Shown one piece after another: positions 27,601 through 42,600 of a DNA stretch of 64,000 nt. Origin of the DNA: Antedon mediterranea (taxonomy: Eukaryota; Animalia; Echinodermata); assembly GCF_964355755.1 (NCBI RefSeq), contig NC_092678.1, positions 18,307,365-18,371,364 of the forward strand, read 5' to 3'. The notes under the pieces are model-generated. The model saw only the letters and a program-made list of their open reading frames with translations. It made no database searches and was not told the origin of the DNA. How positions within the stretch are numbered: position 1 is the stretch's first letter; every line of letters begins with the position of its first letter. Both the position numbers and the translations under genes were made by a program.

Positions 27601-30600
27601 ACTTGTTTGTAGATTGTTCCAACTAACATTACAAGCATGTGTATCCGCCTCTACTGATGTTTTCCTTAGGGTAAAAAATTAGTAAAAATTATCTAAGTTA
27701 TTAAAAATTATTAAAACGATACAAGATATTTTGTGTAAATTAAAGCCTTATTTTTCACTATATTAATTTATTCACGCATATTTTGGCGTGAAAATATCTT
27801 CGACCAATCAGCATGCAGGAATGTTTTGATTCGCGTGAATATATTCACTAATGAAAAACAGGCTTAAAAGTACTGTACATATTTGAAATTAGAAGGTTTT
27901 TCTTTCTGTTTATTCAACCAATTTGGTGTGTTTTCGCAATGTTTATTGCCTTGGGCTACAATTTAATATCAAAGCCATTTTCTGTAAATTTCAAAAGTAG
28001 GTTGAACATCTATTGTACAAACGTTATACCTCCAAAGTAAAGTAGTTCAGTAGTATGAAATGGTAGCACAATAGTATTTAAATTATTTTATTCTTTATTT
28101 TTATGTGACGTCTTTTTATAGTCTAATCTGAGGTGGTTATCCATTCTCGTCATTTAACCGGTAATATCGCTGGGTAACTTTTAGCTGTAACACAAATAAT
28201 GGCTATTTGATTGACAGCTGTAGTATTTTGAAGGTTTGACCGTCGGATCGTATTGCATTTTGGGTAATGTTAACGTTTTTTTAACGACCAACTACAAATT
28301 TAAACAGTTATTTCAGAACAGGGTGGCCTAAAAACTAATTTTGTTTTATTCGGCGCTATGCAGCAGAAACAGGCCCTAAGGAATGATTTCCGTTATCATT
28401 GAACTTGAGGACTTCTGCAACATTTACTTTTTCCCTATAGGCACAAATCTTAGTATCAATAATGTGATGTGACTTTTATTAACACCAGTTTAGCAATTGT
28501 AACTGATATTGAATCTGTGTTTATTGATTTAGACTAATGGTATAAACTCTGAATGCTGTTAACCTACATTCAATTTATCATGTTGCACTTGTGATGATAA
28601 AACTGGATGTTTAATGGCAACTGTAGTAATTTATATAAACAACTTTCTTAACAAGACAGTAAACTCTAATAGTGTACATTTCACTTGGTCTTAAACCACT
28701 CTGTCTCAGTCAACTCGGTTCCACTCAACCTGCAGTCATATAAATTTGGTTCTAATCAAAGTCCCATGTCAACTCAGTTCTCGGTCAAATTGGTCCCATG
28801 TCAACTTGGTTCCATGTCAACTCGGTCAACGTCAACTTGGTTCCACGTCAACTTGGTCCCATGTCAACTTGGTTCCATGTCAACTTGGTTCCATGTCAAC
28901 TCGGTCCACGTCAACTTGGTCCCATGTCAACTCGGCCCATGTCAACTTGGTCCCATGTCAACTAATTGGTCCCATGTCAAGTCAGTCCCATGTCAACTCA
29001 GTCCCAAGTTCATGTGTTATCTTGTTGTGCTGTTTGTATGTTTTTCGTTCATAAAGAAGAAATAAAAAATTATTTGATATTATTAGTGAAACTTGTAAAT
29101 TATTTTAAAATGCTATTAATAATTATTAGCGCTTTAGCCAGAATTTAACTAGGTGATTTATTTTTTTTTAAAGTATTTGTATTTTAACCAGGACATTTTT
29201 CGTTTATCTCCAGCCATGTCTAAAAACAATCCTACACAACTGTTATTCATTCTACCTGATGCATGTCATATCCTTTCAAAACTGTTTGTTTCCCAGCTAG
29301 ATTCCAGCTGGCAAATGTTAACCTCTGTATATGGATGAAGTAACATGCAAATAACATTTTTAAGCCTTGTTAAAACTATTTATTTAGTTGCTTTGACCCC
29401 TTTTTACCCCAACATAAACAAGAGGCTTTTAATGTGAAAGCATTTGTATTGCATGTTTAGTCTTAGATAAAAGTTATGGATACAATTTAAAGATGCATGT
29501 CCTGCACAAACATGATAAAATGAAGATTAATATTAATCAAACATTGAATAGGCTATTTTACAGTTTAATCAAGTTCACTTCTGTGCGAAAAAAAGGAAGA
29601 ACAAAAAACTCATTGACAAAAAAAAAAAAATTACACTAATACAGGTTTTTGTTTTTAGGAAATAATTTTAGTTTTTATTCAATTTTTGCTTGCCTTCCAA
29701 TCCCAAGGTCTAGGGTTCAATCTTTACCAAGTGCCAGATTTGTATGTAGCCCTCTTTCAACTCCACTCTCTAAGCCTCAAATGAGACTTGTTTATCCATC
29801 CTGTAATTGGCGAGTTACTTGCAGTTGGATGCATATGAAATAAAACTCTAACATTTTTCTCTTGCAGTACATTCCTATTGGTTATCGTCGGTTATGTCAA
29901 AGGTCAGGGTGAATATTCTCCATATTGCACACAACGGATCCATGCTGGAAGTGGTGTAATCAAATCTCCAGGATTCCCAGGGAAGTACGATAGCAACTTG
30001 AAATGTTCGTGGTTGATACACACCGATAACAACCAGATAACTTTGGAATTTACGTCATTTGATGTTGAAGCAGCCACTGGATGCTAGTAAGTATGGCATT
30101 CTGTCGTTTGGCATATTCAATCCAGTTAAAAAATGTTTACATTGGACCTTCAGCTTTAAAGCTGCTTTCAGCTTTCAGCAGATTCTGTCCGGTGGTGTGA
30201 GAAAAATATTATGGATGGGTTAAGTGGTAAAACACACACACCTATCATACTATTTGAATCCGTACCTGATCCTGACTCCGAATTTTGTGCGATGGATCAA
30301 GAAGCCATTGGTTTGCTGAAATCTTTTTGATTTCTTTTCTCTTTCGGCCAATCAACGGTGAGCATGAATGACCTCGCTTGACAACAGATTTGAACCAAAT
30401 TCGTGCTCGATGTGGAAGCACGTTCAAATGCTCGCGATATTTTCCTTAGGTGCCAGACCAAATCAGGACGATGTGAAAGTAGCTTGTTCTTATACTATAA
30501 CTATGATTGAGGCGAGTCTTGAACCAGTGGCCCCATCCTTTAGGGCACAAAATATATGAAAACTGTGCATTATTTTATAGTATACTGTACTACTGTATTA

Positions 30601-33600
30601 TGTATAGTTTAAATTACCAATATTATTTTCATTATAGTTACGACTATGTTGAAGTGTTTGACGGAAACAGTAACAACGACCGCTCACTTGGCAGATTCTG
30701 TGGTCCTCAAAATCCACCGCCATTAACGGCCAGTGGCAATATGTTATTTGTGGAATTTAAAAGCGATAGTTCAATCAACAAGGGTGGTTTTTCGGCCAAT
30801 TACAGTGAAGGTCAGTATTTCACTATTTTAAAATTTGTTTTTGGTGATATTTTTTCTGCATCATCATTTGACGATTCCTATAATATTCCTATTAATAAAC
30901 AGAAACCATAAGAAGAAGATATACATTCCAAAATGTAAAAACAATGTCTCTTCAATGTCATAAACTAAAAACATAAATATTCGGACGGACTTTAAGGTGA
31001 TCCCTTTTAAGTTCTTTTTATTTTAAAAGTTCTACATATTATACAAATATTCTTCATAATTATTACAGGTTGTTCATGGACATTCAACAAATTATCTGGC
31101 GAATTCCGCTCTCCCAACTATCCACATAATTACATGGATGGTATCCAGTGCACATATAAATTCAACGCGCCAAAAGGAAAACGTATTAAGATTTCATTCA
31201 CCGACTTCAAATTGGAAGGCAAAAGTCAAACCAGTCGCTGTGCTTATGATTATCTGGAGATTCTTGATGGAGAGAGTCGAGGTATGTTGCTTTTTCAGAA
31301 TATGCCATTACTGGCAGGATGTTGTAATGAAGAGGTGCCATATTTTATAAGTGCCAAGTTGCCGTGTATGTATCATCACAGTTGAAAGTGTTAATGTGTA
31401 CACCTAGATTTAGATGTATTTAATTAAATTTAGATTTATAACTGTGAAGTAAATAAATAAAAAAGTAGGTTTGCATCAGGTGGAAAGTAAAAAGGTCAGT
31501 TTTTTTTGCGCTAACTTTGTTGCAATGCTAAAGTAAAATAAAAGTAATTTGATTATCATTCTGTACCGGGCTACTTCCTTTTGCCTTTGAATCTAACCAT
31601 ATCCTCCAATGCAAGCTTGGTGGGCTACAGGTATGATGTTCAACATAACAATTACAATAATTATGTAATTAAGATAAATATATTATATATTTTTATATTA
31701 ATTTTTGTGCGGAGGTGCTCTTAATTAAATTTAGGTAAGTTAAAATATTCCCTTCATTTTTAATGAGCACTTACGTGACTGGTTAATGACATGTTTAGTC
31801 TTGCTTTACTCTCTGATGATTTGATTGTTTTGAATTCATGATTTTTTTTATCAACATTTTATTTTTTACCATGAAATATATTTATATAAATCTGTACATT
31901 GGCTAGACCGATACTTAGTGTAATTTTCCCAATGGTATTTAAGCCTATCTGTTATCTGTATAAACAAGCCATGATCCTAGAGTATTTGGCGAAAACTCTG
32001 GATGTTTAAATTTAGGGAAAAAGCAAATCACACTAAAAAAAGATATTGTGTCAGTAATTGTTTTTCAAATTTCTTTAGTAATGTTTAGCCTGTTTAACAG
32101 TTTTCTAATTTCGCAAGTTTTCACACTACCTTTTTTTTTACATGTTTCTGGTTGCTTTTACAGGATCTTCTCCATTCCCCCAATCCCTACTTTCTTACTC
32201 CTTCACAAGCAACAGTTTGAATATGTCCATTTCGTAGTGCACATTTTACTTGTGTGACAGATCTTCTAAGTCAATTTGGCAAAACAAAATCAACATTGTG
32301 TTCGCAGCAATAAACACAAATCCATAAAATATTGAACAAACATCTCAATGATAGGTCGAACCTTCGCCTCTGCAAAAGTCTGGTTATTAATTGTTTCTTT
32401 TTTTTTCTTTAGGATCCGAGTCTTTTGGAAGAAAATGTGGCCAAGAAATTCCTGGAGATATTCTTTCAACGACAAATAAACTTTTCATTAAAATGACGAC
32501 AGATGATTCCGTTAATTATGGTGGATTTATAGGAAACTACGAAGCAGTCAGTATGTAAACTTTTATATTTTACTTCTTTCCATAAAATTTATATTTTTTA
32601 GAGTTAAGTGTAGAATCTAGACTTTTAATACAGTCGAACCCAAGGGACATATTTTGCCCTAAAAAGTGTCCTCTTTAGTGTTGGTTATAGTGTTGATTTG
32701 ATTTATTCAATTTCACCATGGAAAAATAAATTACAACTGTTTTGTATCGTAGATGCCGAGCCCTCACCATGTGAAACTGAAAATGGTGGCTGTGAGCAAA
32801 AGTGTCGGTCAAACGGAGACAACGAGGCGGTGTGTTCCTGCGATAACGGGTATCGCCTTGATATAGATGGCACCACGTGTAATGGTAAGCGAAGCAAATA
32901 TAGGCGCAAAAAAACTTGGTTAGCAGACAATCGCCTTTCTAATGCTCTGTCTACACTCAAACTTTATGTGACAAAAAAGCGTGATGTGCCCAAATATGGT
33001 AGTTATATGATGTCATCATCCATATATGGGCAGAGTTTGACAGAGTTTAAAAAAATGTCCACCAACTCTAGAATAATTATGTATTTCATTATTTTTTCAG
33101 ATATTGATGAATGCGTTACAGTCACGCCTTGTGACCAAATTTGCAGAAACGTTGAAGGTTCATATATGTGTTTATGTTTGCCTGGATACGTGTTGAACAA
33201 CAATGGCCTAACATGCAAAGGTGTGTATACTATTGTAAACATATGCATGTAATTCATGTAAATTACTAATTTAAAGATTTTTGCAAGGTAGCTGATAAAT
33301 GTACATTCGCAACTGCTTGTTTACACAGCCGCTGTCGTGGCCAGACGAAATAGCGCCATGGTTGGCAGTGCCCACATGACATTACCCTTACGCGAAAAGC
33401 ATGTAGTTGAAAAGTGTAACATCTAAAGTTCACAGCGCATTGAGACGACATCACATCACAAAACGTTATTAGTATAGTAATACATCAGTATGTTTAGATA
33501 ATAAATATTTTGTCCATTGATAGATGTAAATGAATGCAAGACTAATAACGGTGGTTGTGCGGAAGTGTGCAACAATGAACGTGGAAGTTTCAGGTGCAGT

Positions 33601-36600
33601 TGTTCAAGCGATAGAGTCCTGCAAAGTGATCGTGTCAGCTGTAGAGGTTGGTTTGAAAATTCATTCAAATGATACACAGTTGTAATATAAGCAATATAAG
33701 GGACATTTTAAAAAACCTGAGATAATTTCAATCAGTACTATTAAGTGAACGCCAACCAACAAAATGTCTTCAGCAAAATTGGTATTTTATGTTTCTAGTT
33801 TTTGCAAAGCGAAAGAAATTGCAACCAATTGGAGCTTAGGAAATGAGTTCTGATGCGTTCATGAGCACTCATGCGAATCGAAAAGCTCAGCAGATAAACG
33901 ATGAAAATGAAAATCACAGCTATTCGCTCTTGTAGTTGAAAGCGTAGCACGATTTTCCAAATGTGGAAAACAGGCTTCACAGTGAAATTTATATTATTTT
34001 ACTGTGATACTGCAGTTATTATATAGCATCATCACCATCATCGTCATCGTTGTCATCATTATATCACACTTTTTTTTGTTATTATGGCCATTTCATTTTT
34101 GTTTTATTCATCTCAAATTTCAATTGTGTTAACATTGTAAATTGTGTATATTGATAGAGGCTGACCCATCACCTTGCAAGGTAAACAATGGCGGATGTCA
34201 ACATTTTTGTCGCTTAACTTCAGATAACAAAGCAGAGTGTTACTGTCGGGATGGCTTCAAAGTTAGCAAAGATAAAAAGTCATGCCATGGTATGTTATTT
34301 ATGTATTTCTTCTTTATAGTTGGTGACCTCAAAAAAGAACTGTTCTCACATAAGGCATGGGATGGCATTATTTTTTTCTATGTGGCTAAGGTGGAACCAT
34401 GAATAATTCATGAGGTTAATTATGACATAAATTACCTTATTTATGGAGGGTGACCCTAAACAGCATATTCTGACAATGAAGGAGCCCTCTGGATGTGTGA
34501 CAGTGCCTGTGTGTATACTAGTACAGGGTAACCCCCTAATCGTCTCGAAAGATGTACTAGGTTCTTTAAAGTGCACATGAGCCAGATGGGTACACTCTAC
34601 CTACAATTTATAGTCCTTATCTGAGAAGACTCGTTCTACCACCAGAACCATGGAGCGAGTGAGGCTCGAACCCTTGCCGATGTTAATATGGCAAGGTATT
34701 ACGATTCCACTGTCTTAATCGCTTGGCCAATCACTCGCTCACTCGTTATAGGGGCACTATATAAGCATAGACATTGGTCAATTACTTCATGTCGACAGGT
34801 TTCAAATGTTTGATCAATGGTGTAGGCTCCATTCCGAGTAACTGGAGATCTGGGTTCGATGACCATCAACATCATTTATGGGTTTTTTTAATAGTTGAGA
34901 GAGATTTTTTAGAGGGTTAGAATCAGTTATATAAGAAATAGGTCGGCTATCTTGAAATTCTTCATAATATTTAATCTCCTGAATTATTCATGATTTCTGC
35001 CTTAACCTCATAGGAAAAAAAAAAATATGTACAGAACCATAATCAACACACTGTGAGATGATCCCCTGCTCTTTTTGAAAGTTTTTCTTTAATGTATAAT
35101 TGAAAATGGAAACAATACTTCCAAGGATTGTACTTTATTTTTTAGATTTTGATGAATGCCGTCAACTCAGTCCATGTGAACATCTCTGCGCCAATACGTA
35201 TGGATCGTTTGTCTGCTCATGCCGTGCAGGGTTTAGACTGACAGAAATGGGGTTAAAGTGCAAAGGTTTGCAAAATGTTGTTAACTTTAAGCTCAGTCTA
35301 CACTATCAAACTTGGACATGATGATGTAATATTACTACCATCTTTGGGCACTTACACTTTTTTGTCAAACTAGTTTGATAGTGTAGACAGACCTTTAGAA
35401 TATCTGATTAATAACAATTTTCAGAATCTTGGTCAAACTTTAAATTAAATGTTTTTAGTCTCTTTATTTGTACTTGCCCTTGTTTAAAAATACTGTACAT
35501 ATCAAGATAGTTACAGAATAAATGATATCTCCATCTGGAAAATGTTTTTTTTCTGGCCTATTTTCATCTATCTAAGTTCTAAAATATGTTTGAAATACTA
35601 TTATCATGAGGTTTCTACTTCTCTTCTTTTTAAAGATATTAACGAATGCCTACATGATAACGCGGGTTGTGCAGAAATGTGTATCAACGCTAGAGGGAGC
35701 TACAGATGTGATTGCGCCACCCCAAACACAGTGTTGGATGATGATAAAATAACATGTCGAGGTAAAGATTGCAATGCAGCTTAACATGGTGGTAGTATTA
35801 TGAAGTAGCACTAAATAATTTTTATAAATCATTCGCAATTCATATTTCCAAATCTAAAGTCTAGTGTGATATTATATGGTAGTGATATTCCAAAATATGG
35901 TAGTGATATGACATCATGATGTACATAACCTTTAAAATTCAGAATTTGCGGTAGATGCGAATGCTGTCACATAATTGTTTTTTATTTATTTTCCATTGTG
36001 CAAGCTTCTTCATATTGTTGTTCATAAGGCCCATTCCACCTGGGAACAAATTTGAGATAAAACATCTGTTTCAAAAACCTACTTTAGTTGCGGGATTTTT
36101 AAATTACACCTTAAACCACAAGCCGATTAAAATAAGGAGCAAGTTGACCTTATGTTGGTAAAAAGATGTATGAAATATATCCTTGCTGTGTAAATTTTGA
36201 GTTTTTATATTCTGAACAGTTTGTCTGATTAGTCCCAATAGTAATATAGATAATACATGTGAAATTAAATTTAACAGTCCGGACACAAGGCATATCGATC
36301 AAAGGATTCTAGTTGTTAAAAGAGCACTTTTTATGTTCCGCTTTAGTTAGTACTTCCTTTTGAAGTGTTATGGTATGACAAACGTTACATGCCAAGCATA
36401 GCTGAAAAGTCTGTTCCAACAGATACATGCAGTAAAGTCAAGTTAAATTAATGTTACAATTTTTGTTGGATTTTATTCAATTTATTTTATACTTACCCTG
36501 TGCCAAGTTTTGTAAATGGAACATCATGCTACCATTTTGTTTCATGTAGAAAGCACCTTAGCTTTTGCATTAGCCCACCCACCAGAACCTAAGCTCTCCA

Positions 36601-39600
36601 ATCAACAGCACATGTGCTTTCCACTCAACCAGCACCTGAGCTCCCACTCTCCAACACCTGACCTCCCACTCACCAGCACCTGACCTTCCCACTAACCAGC
36701 ACATGAGCTCCCCATTCACCAGCACCTGAGCTCCCACTCACCAGCACCTGAGCTCCCAACTCATCAGAACCTGATCTCCCTATTCACCAGCTCCGGAGCA
36801 CCCACCTACTAGCTGCACCTTAGCTTCCCACTCATCTCATATCTAGGGACACTTCTAGATATATTCATGGAACCTCTTTTTCATCTGGCAGGTAACACAT
36901 TCACCATAGTCTTATCCACCAGAACCTGAGGTCCCATCTACCCAGGTTATGACAATTCCTACGAACCAAGTTCTGTACAGCAATGTGTGATTTCATATTA
37001 ATCCAATTTAAACCATTTACACTCCCTGCTAATCCCCAAACCCCTGGATTCTCTACATATTGACCTGGGGTCAACTCACAAAATCAGAGCCAATGCTACA
37101 TGTCTGTACAAATTCATTAATTGAAGTGAACAAATATACTTGAAATTATGAATCCTTCAATAAATATAATGTTTGGTCTATTGACTTTACCATGTACTAG
37201 ATTATTAATGTTTCCTGATATTGTTAAGGCGTATAGTTTGTTGAACTTGTATAAATAGTAGTTGAAATTGGACTTTATAAAGTTGGCATAATTTGGCTAA
37301 AAGGAATCACATGTTTAGGAAGTGTATCATTAGGCCTATAGACAAAGTTTCACCATTCACCTTAATACCGTATGTTATTCAAGTTCAAGTAAAATAGATT
37401 AAAATATATGCAGGACAACATGAACAAATGGCAAATATTTTGCTATCTAAAATAAAGGGACGTACAACAGGATATTAAAGGCCAATTTACACAGATGGAA
37501 AACTGCGTAGCTGTTCCTACATAGAATCTATGTCTACCCTGAGCGGAGATCGCCCGTCCGCTCCGCTTTTTGTGTAAATGCAGTCATAAGAAATAACATA
37601 GATTCTATATTTTTATTATCGTTACCTCTCTGTGTAAATTGGCCTTTAGGCAAAATAAGCAGAACTATATCTGCACCTGAGGTAATTTTAGGCTAAATAA
37701 ATTTGGGCAAACAGCCAAGGCAAACAATAATATTGACCATGTTTACAGGATTTTTTAAACCATAGAAGTTATTTTATTTTTAGAACCAAGCGTTTGTGAG
37801 ACAAACAATGGTGGATGCCAACATATATGCAACAAGGCAAACTCTGACGCGTACTGCTCATGCCATCTTGGATTCGAACTGAATGAAGATGGGAAAGGTT
37901 GCCAAGGTAATTGTCCATTTTCTTGCCAATTTTTCGTTTAAAAATCATCTTTTTAACTAACAGGAAATTGCTTTAAAAGCGTTTGATATCAATTTTTAGA
38001 CATTCTGGCAATTGTTATGATATTATTTTAATATTATTCTTTATGTGTAGTTGGAGTTAAATAAATTAGAAAGAATTAATACACATTTTTAAAATTAATA
38101 ATAATAATAATTTATTTGCATCTTCAATTCGGTTATACTTTTATGTTGTTATGCATATGCAATGTTTATGTCTTGAAACTTTAAATCAACACCAAGTGTA
38201 CAACCATACCAAGTGTACACGCACCAAGTGCACACCTGCACCAATTGCACTCATACCAAGTGAATACACGAACCAGGTGTACACGTGCCAAAAAACCTGC
38301 ACCAATTGCAACTGCACAAAGTGTACACCTGAACAAATTGTACCCGCACTGATTGACCACAAAAATTTCCACCCGCACAAAGTGTACACATGCACCAAGT
38401 AAATGTAAGTTAAATTTGCTGTAATTGGCCTAAATGAATATATTTTTTGTTGTAGACATTGACGAGTGCTCACGAGCACCATCACCGTATGATATCCATA
38501 GCAACCAATGCAATCAACATTGCATTAACACACCAGGAAGTTATTACTGCGACTGTGAGGAAGGCTTTGAGCTAAGCCCAAATGCTAGAGTTTGTAAAGG
38601 TAAAGTAATGGTCCTTATTCTATTCAATATGTTTTATTGATTTATTCTTTATACTGAGAAGCCTATTCAGTAGTAAATCTACTGTTCTCCCACAGTGCCC
38701 AGTATGTGTGGATGACAGTGGCTGTACTAGTACACCAGGGTATTAAACCCACTACCCGTTTCGAAGGATGTTCTAGGTTCTTTAAAGTGCGTAGCTAGCT
38801 GTGTACACTGGACCTATGATTTATAGTCACCAGAACCATGGAGCGAGTGAGCCTCGAACCCTTGCCCCGATGTTATAGCTCCGTAATTATAGTTCCACTG
38901 TCTTAACTGCTTGGCCGCTCACTCAATCATGTGTCTTAGCTGGTAACCTGGAAACCAACTCAGGAAAAAAGAGGGCCAGCAACGTTAACATTTGTGGGCT
39001 GCTGCAAAAGTAGGATATACAGGCTTCACTGTCGAGGAAATACAGACATGTATGCAGGATAGAAGTCAATCGGAAGACGCTAGATAGATAAATTAAATAT
39101 TCTCATACTGTAGGCCTACATTTAAAAGTAACACATCCAAATGCCAACTTCAAGTCAATGGCTACCAGATGTCTCTGTGAGACGGTTATTTGAACCAATA
39201 CCAGAGTACCAGTATGTTATTTTAATGTCCTATTAAATTCGTAATTTATCTTTCTAATTGTTAACAATTTCCATAAGTACCATAACAATATTAAAAACAA
39301 AAGAAATTGTAGTGTATTATATTTGATACAGGGTATATAGCATAGTAAAACTTTTTTTAAAGAAATAATTTGTTAAAGATATATTTATACCACTCACTTT
39401 TGTTTCCTTTTGTTAAATGGGCCATTTTTACTTGGAATTGGATGTTTTCATATGTTTCAGATATCGATGAGTGTGCGTCTCAACTGCGCTTGCAATGCGA
39501 TCAAGAATGTGTCAACTTTGCTGGTGGATACCGATGCCAATGCTCTGAGGGATACAGTAAACAAGAGGATGGTTGCCAGGATATTGATGAGTGTGAACCC

Positions 39601-42600
39601 AATCCTGAAGATTGTCACACATGTACAAATCTCCCTGGAAGGTCAGTTTTACTACAAGTTAAGGGCCAACTAATCTTTCTGGAATTTTTCCAAGTTTTTT
39701 CAAATTATAAACATGTTTTGATTTTTTTTTAAATATATAGTTATTTTTGGCACATAGTTTGGTACTGTATCTTGGCAACTGGTAGAAAAATTGGCTTAAA
39801 AGTTGCTTTGTGGTAATTTAATGAGTATCTGTGGCATGCTATTTTTTGGTGACCGCAACTTGTATCATGAAAATAGTTGTGATGACTTATTGGAAGATAA
39901 AGTTGCAATAGAGTGTTTATGTTTCCATGTTGACTATAATCGAAATCCAAGTAATTTTATTATTTCTCTCAAGTACACAACAAAAGCAAGATATGAAGCA
40001 ACAACAATTCTATAAAAAATAATAAGTCCTTAATATAGATAACGCAAATATTTATTGGTCCTTAATATAGATAACGCAAATATTTGTACTTTAAGTAATA
40101 AATATTTATAAATCATTAAGATATTCATATTCAATAAAACATCAAATCTGGATTACCTCAAGATCACCAATCATATCAAAAACAACTATCAGACTATATG
40201 TTTTTGTGCTAAAATGATTTGATTTGATTTGAAAAATCATTATAAAAATACCTATAAAATAATAACTACTGGTAGGTAAAGTCGAAACCTAAGCTAATGC
40301 TAACGGTCGTGGTGCCCATCTCCATTTCTTTAGCGTTTGGGCTAGACTCAACTAAGTGTGTATGTTTGTGGGGGTACGCCACTCCTCCCGCACAAACGAG
40401 TCTGATTTACCTTCCCAGTACTTTTTACATACCGGTACCCATTTCTATCACCTGGGTGGAGAGGAACAATGTGGATAAAGAATCTTGCTCAAGGACTCAA
40501 CACTGCAGTGACCGAGCCGGGGCTTGAACCGACAACCTCTTGATTGCAAGTCCAATGCTCTAACCACTGCACCACAGTGATCCAACTACTGACATTACAG
40601 AAAAATGTAGCAGGTTTTCGAGGATAGCCCAAAAAACGTTTTAACTTATTTCCATTATGATGCTTTTATAATCTAAACACATGGTTTGGATAACACAACT
40701 CTAAAGATTTAGAGTTGACTTAATATAATACTAAAATTGCGAAATGTTCCATTTCAGTTTTAATTGTGAGTGTAATGAGGGGTTCGTTCCAAATGGCAAT
40801 GACACCAGCTGCCTGGACATTAACGAATGCATGCGAAACAACGGTGGATGTCAGCACGTTTGCACAAACTATCCTGGTACACATGAGTGTCGTTGCCGAA
40901 CAGGATTCCGGGGTACCGATCGTACAAACAGCGTCTGCGTTGACATAAATGAATGCCGGGAATCTGATAACAACAAAGGGCCGTGTAATCACAGATGTAA
41001 AAATAATATAGGTTAGTTAAATTCATTCAAGTTTGTCCCTCAAAAACATAAAGATTAAAGTTTATTTATTTTAATGATTCCACATATTTCAAAATTATGT
41101 TACCATAAAAAACATTCCTAAATTTTTTAAACTATACTCATTTAAATCGTCTTCTCCATTCTATCCATTATTTAGTCAACATAGCAGTTGAAATGTCACA
41201 GGCATATTTCAAGTTCTGAGGGAGTGCATCAGCCCCTCTACAAGTTGGATTTTCAAATACTCTAACCAGGCCGACTCCAGGCTATTGTTTAACACAACAT
41301 TTGTCATCCTCTTTACAATGCTGGATCCATCCCTGAATAGTTGGGTTATTATTATTTTCTTACCAATACCTCTCTTTTCTGATCCTTATTACCATTTTAT
41401 GAATCAAATTAAATATTGTTTTCCTCTCTTTTTTCACATAGGATCTTTCAAGTGTCTTTGTGATGAGGGATATTTCTTAAATCAAGATGATGTCACATGT
41501 CTTGATATTGACGAGTGTTTAGAAGATAATGGCGATTGCTCACAACAGTGTACCAACACCCCAGGATCATACTCATGCCAGTAAATATCATTCCTAAAAC
41601 AGTAGAACTCTTATTAAAGGGACACCATATGGACTCGGTTTCCCCTGAATAAGAGCTTTCCTTATCGTGTTAAATGTTCATTGTTTCTTTCCTTGGAGTG
41701 TGACTGTCCCCTTAATAGTTCCTACTGTGAATCAAGTCAATGAATTGAGCTTATTTTTGAGATACCAACGGAATGCAAATTTTCCTCTTCGATTCATATC
41801 CTACCTATCCTAAACTTACCACAAACCATTGATAAACACGTCCATGAAACTAACTATTGTACATTTTTTTGTTTTATGTATGCTTTCGACACAGCTGTAA
41901 TTAACCTCCAGTAAATGAAGTACTGATACTTTTCTCTATCGCACACAAAGTGACAAAAATTGTCCTTCGATTGACATTTTGTTATAGTATTGGTGTTAAT
42001 CTTCCTACATTAAGAAAAATGCTTAGGGCTAAAATATGTTTCCACTTTTGTTTTTTTTAGATGTTTCCCAGGATATGAACTAACTGAAGACGGGCTAGAG
42101 TGTGTTGATGTAAATGAGTGTATTAACAATAGGAATGGGTGTGATGTCTCGGAGAATGCAATCTGTATCAACACACAGGGCAACTATACATGTGGTTGTC
42201 CACTGGGCTATGAGCCTTACCAATGGCTTCATTGTCAAGGTAGGTAGGCTAGGGTTAGGCTACATTCAGTGTAAATGTGAAGGCTTGTAAGAAGCTGTAC
42301 TGAGTCTGCTTTACAATGGCTTCATTGTCAAGGTAGGTAGGCTAGGGTTAGGCTACATTCAGTGTAAATGTAAAGGCTTGTTAGAAGCTGTACAGAGTCT
42401 GCTTTACAATGGCTTATTGTCAAGGTAGGTAGGCTAGGGTTAGGCTACATTCAGTGTAAATGTGAAGGCTTGTTAGAAGCTGTACTGAATCTGCTTTACA
42501 ATGGCTTATTGTCAATGTACAATAGTAGGTATGATAACTTGAGGCTGGATTCAGTTTATAAATGTGGAATGGATGTCATTTCGTAGAACCCCTACTACAG

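Noticed and set aside
28685-29148. ORFs of 126, 102 and 60 aa
   Set aside because: Products of a 15-16 bp tandem repeat.
40500-40580. tRNA gene (GCA anticodon-like loop)
   Set aside because: Continues directly into a SINE core and lacks a proper acceptor stem; it is a SINE head. The same applies to 8330-8407 and 45937-46010.
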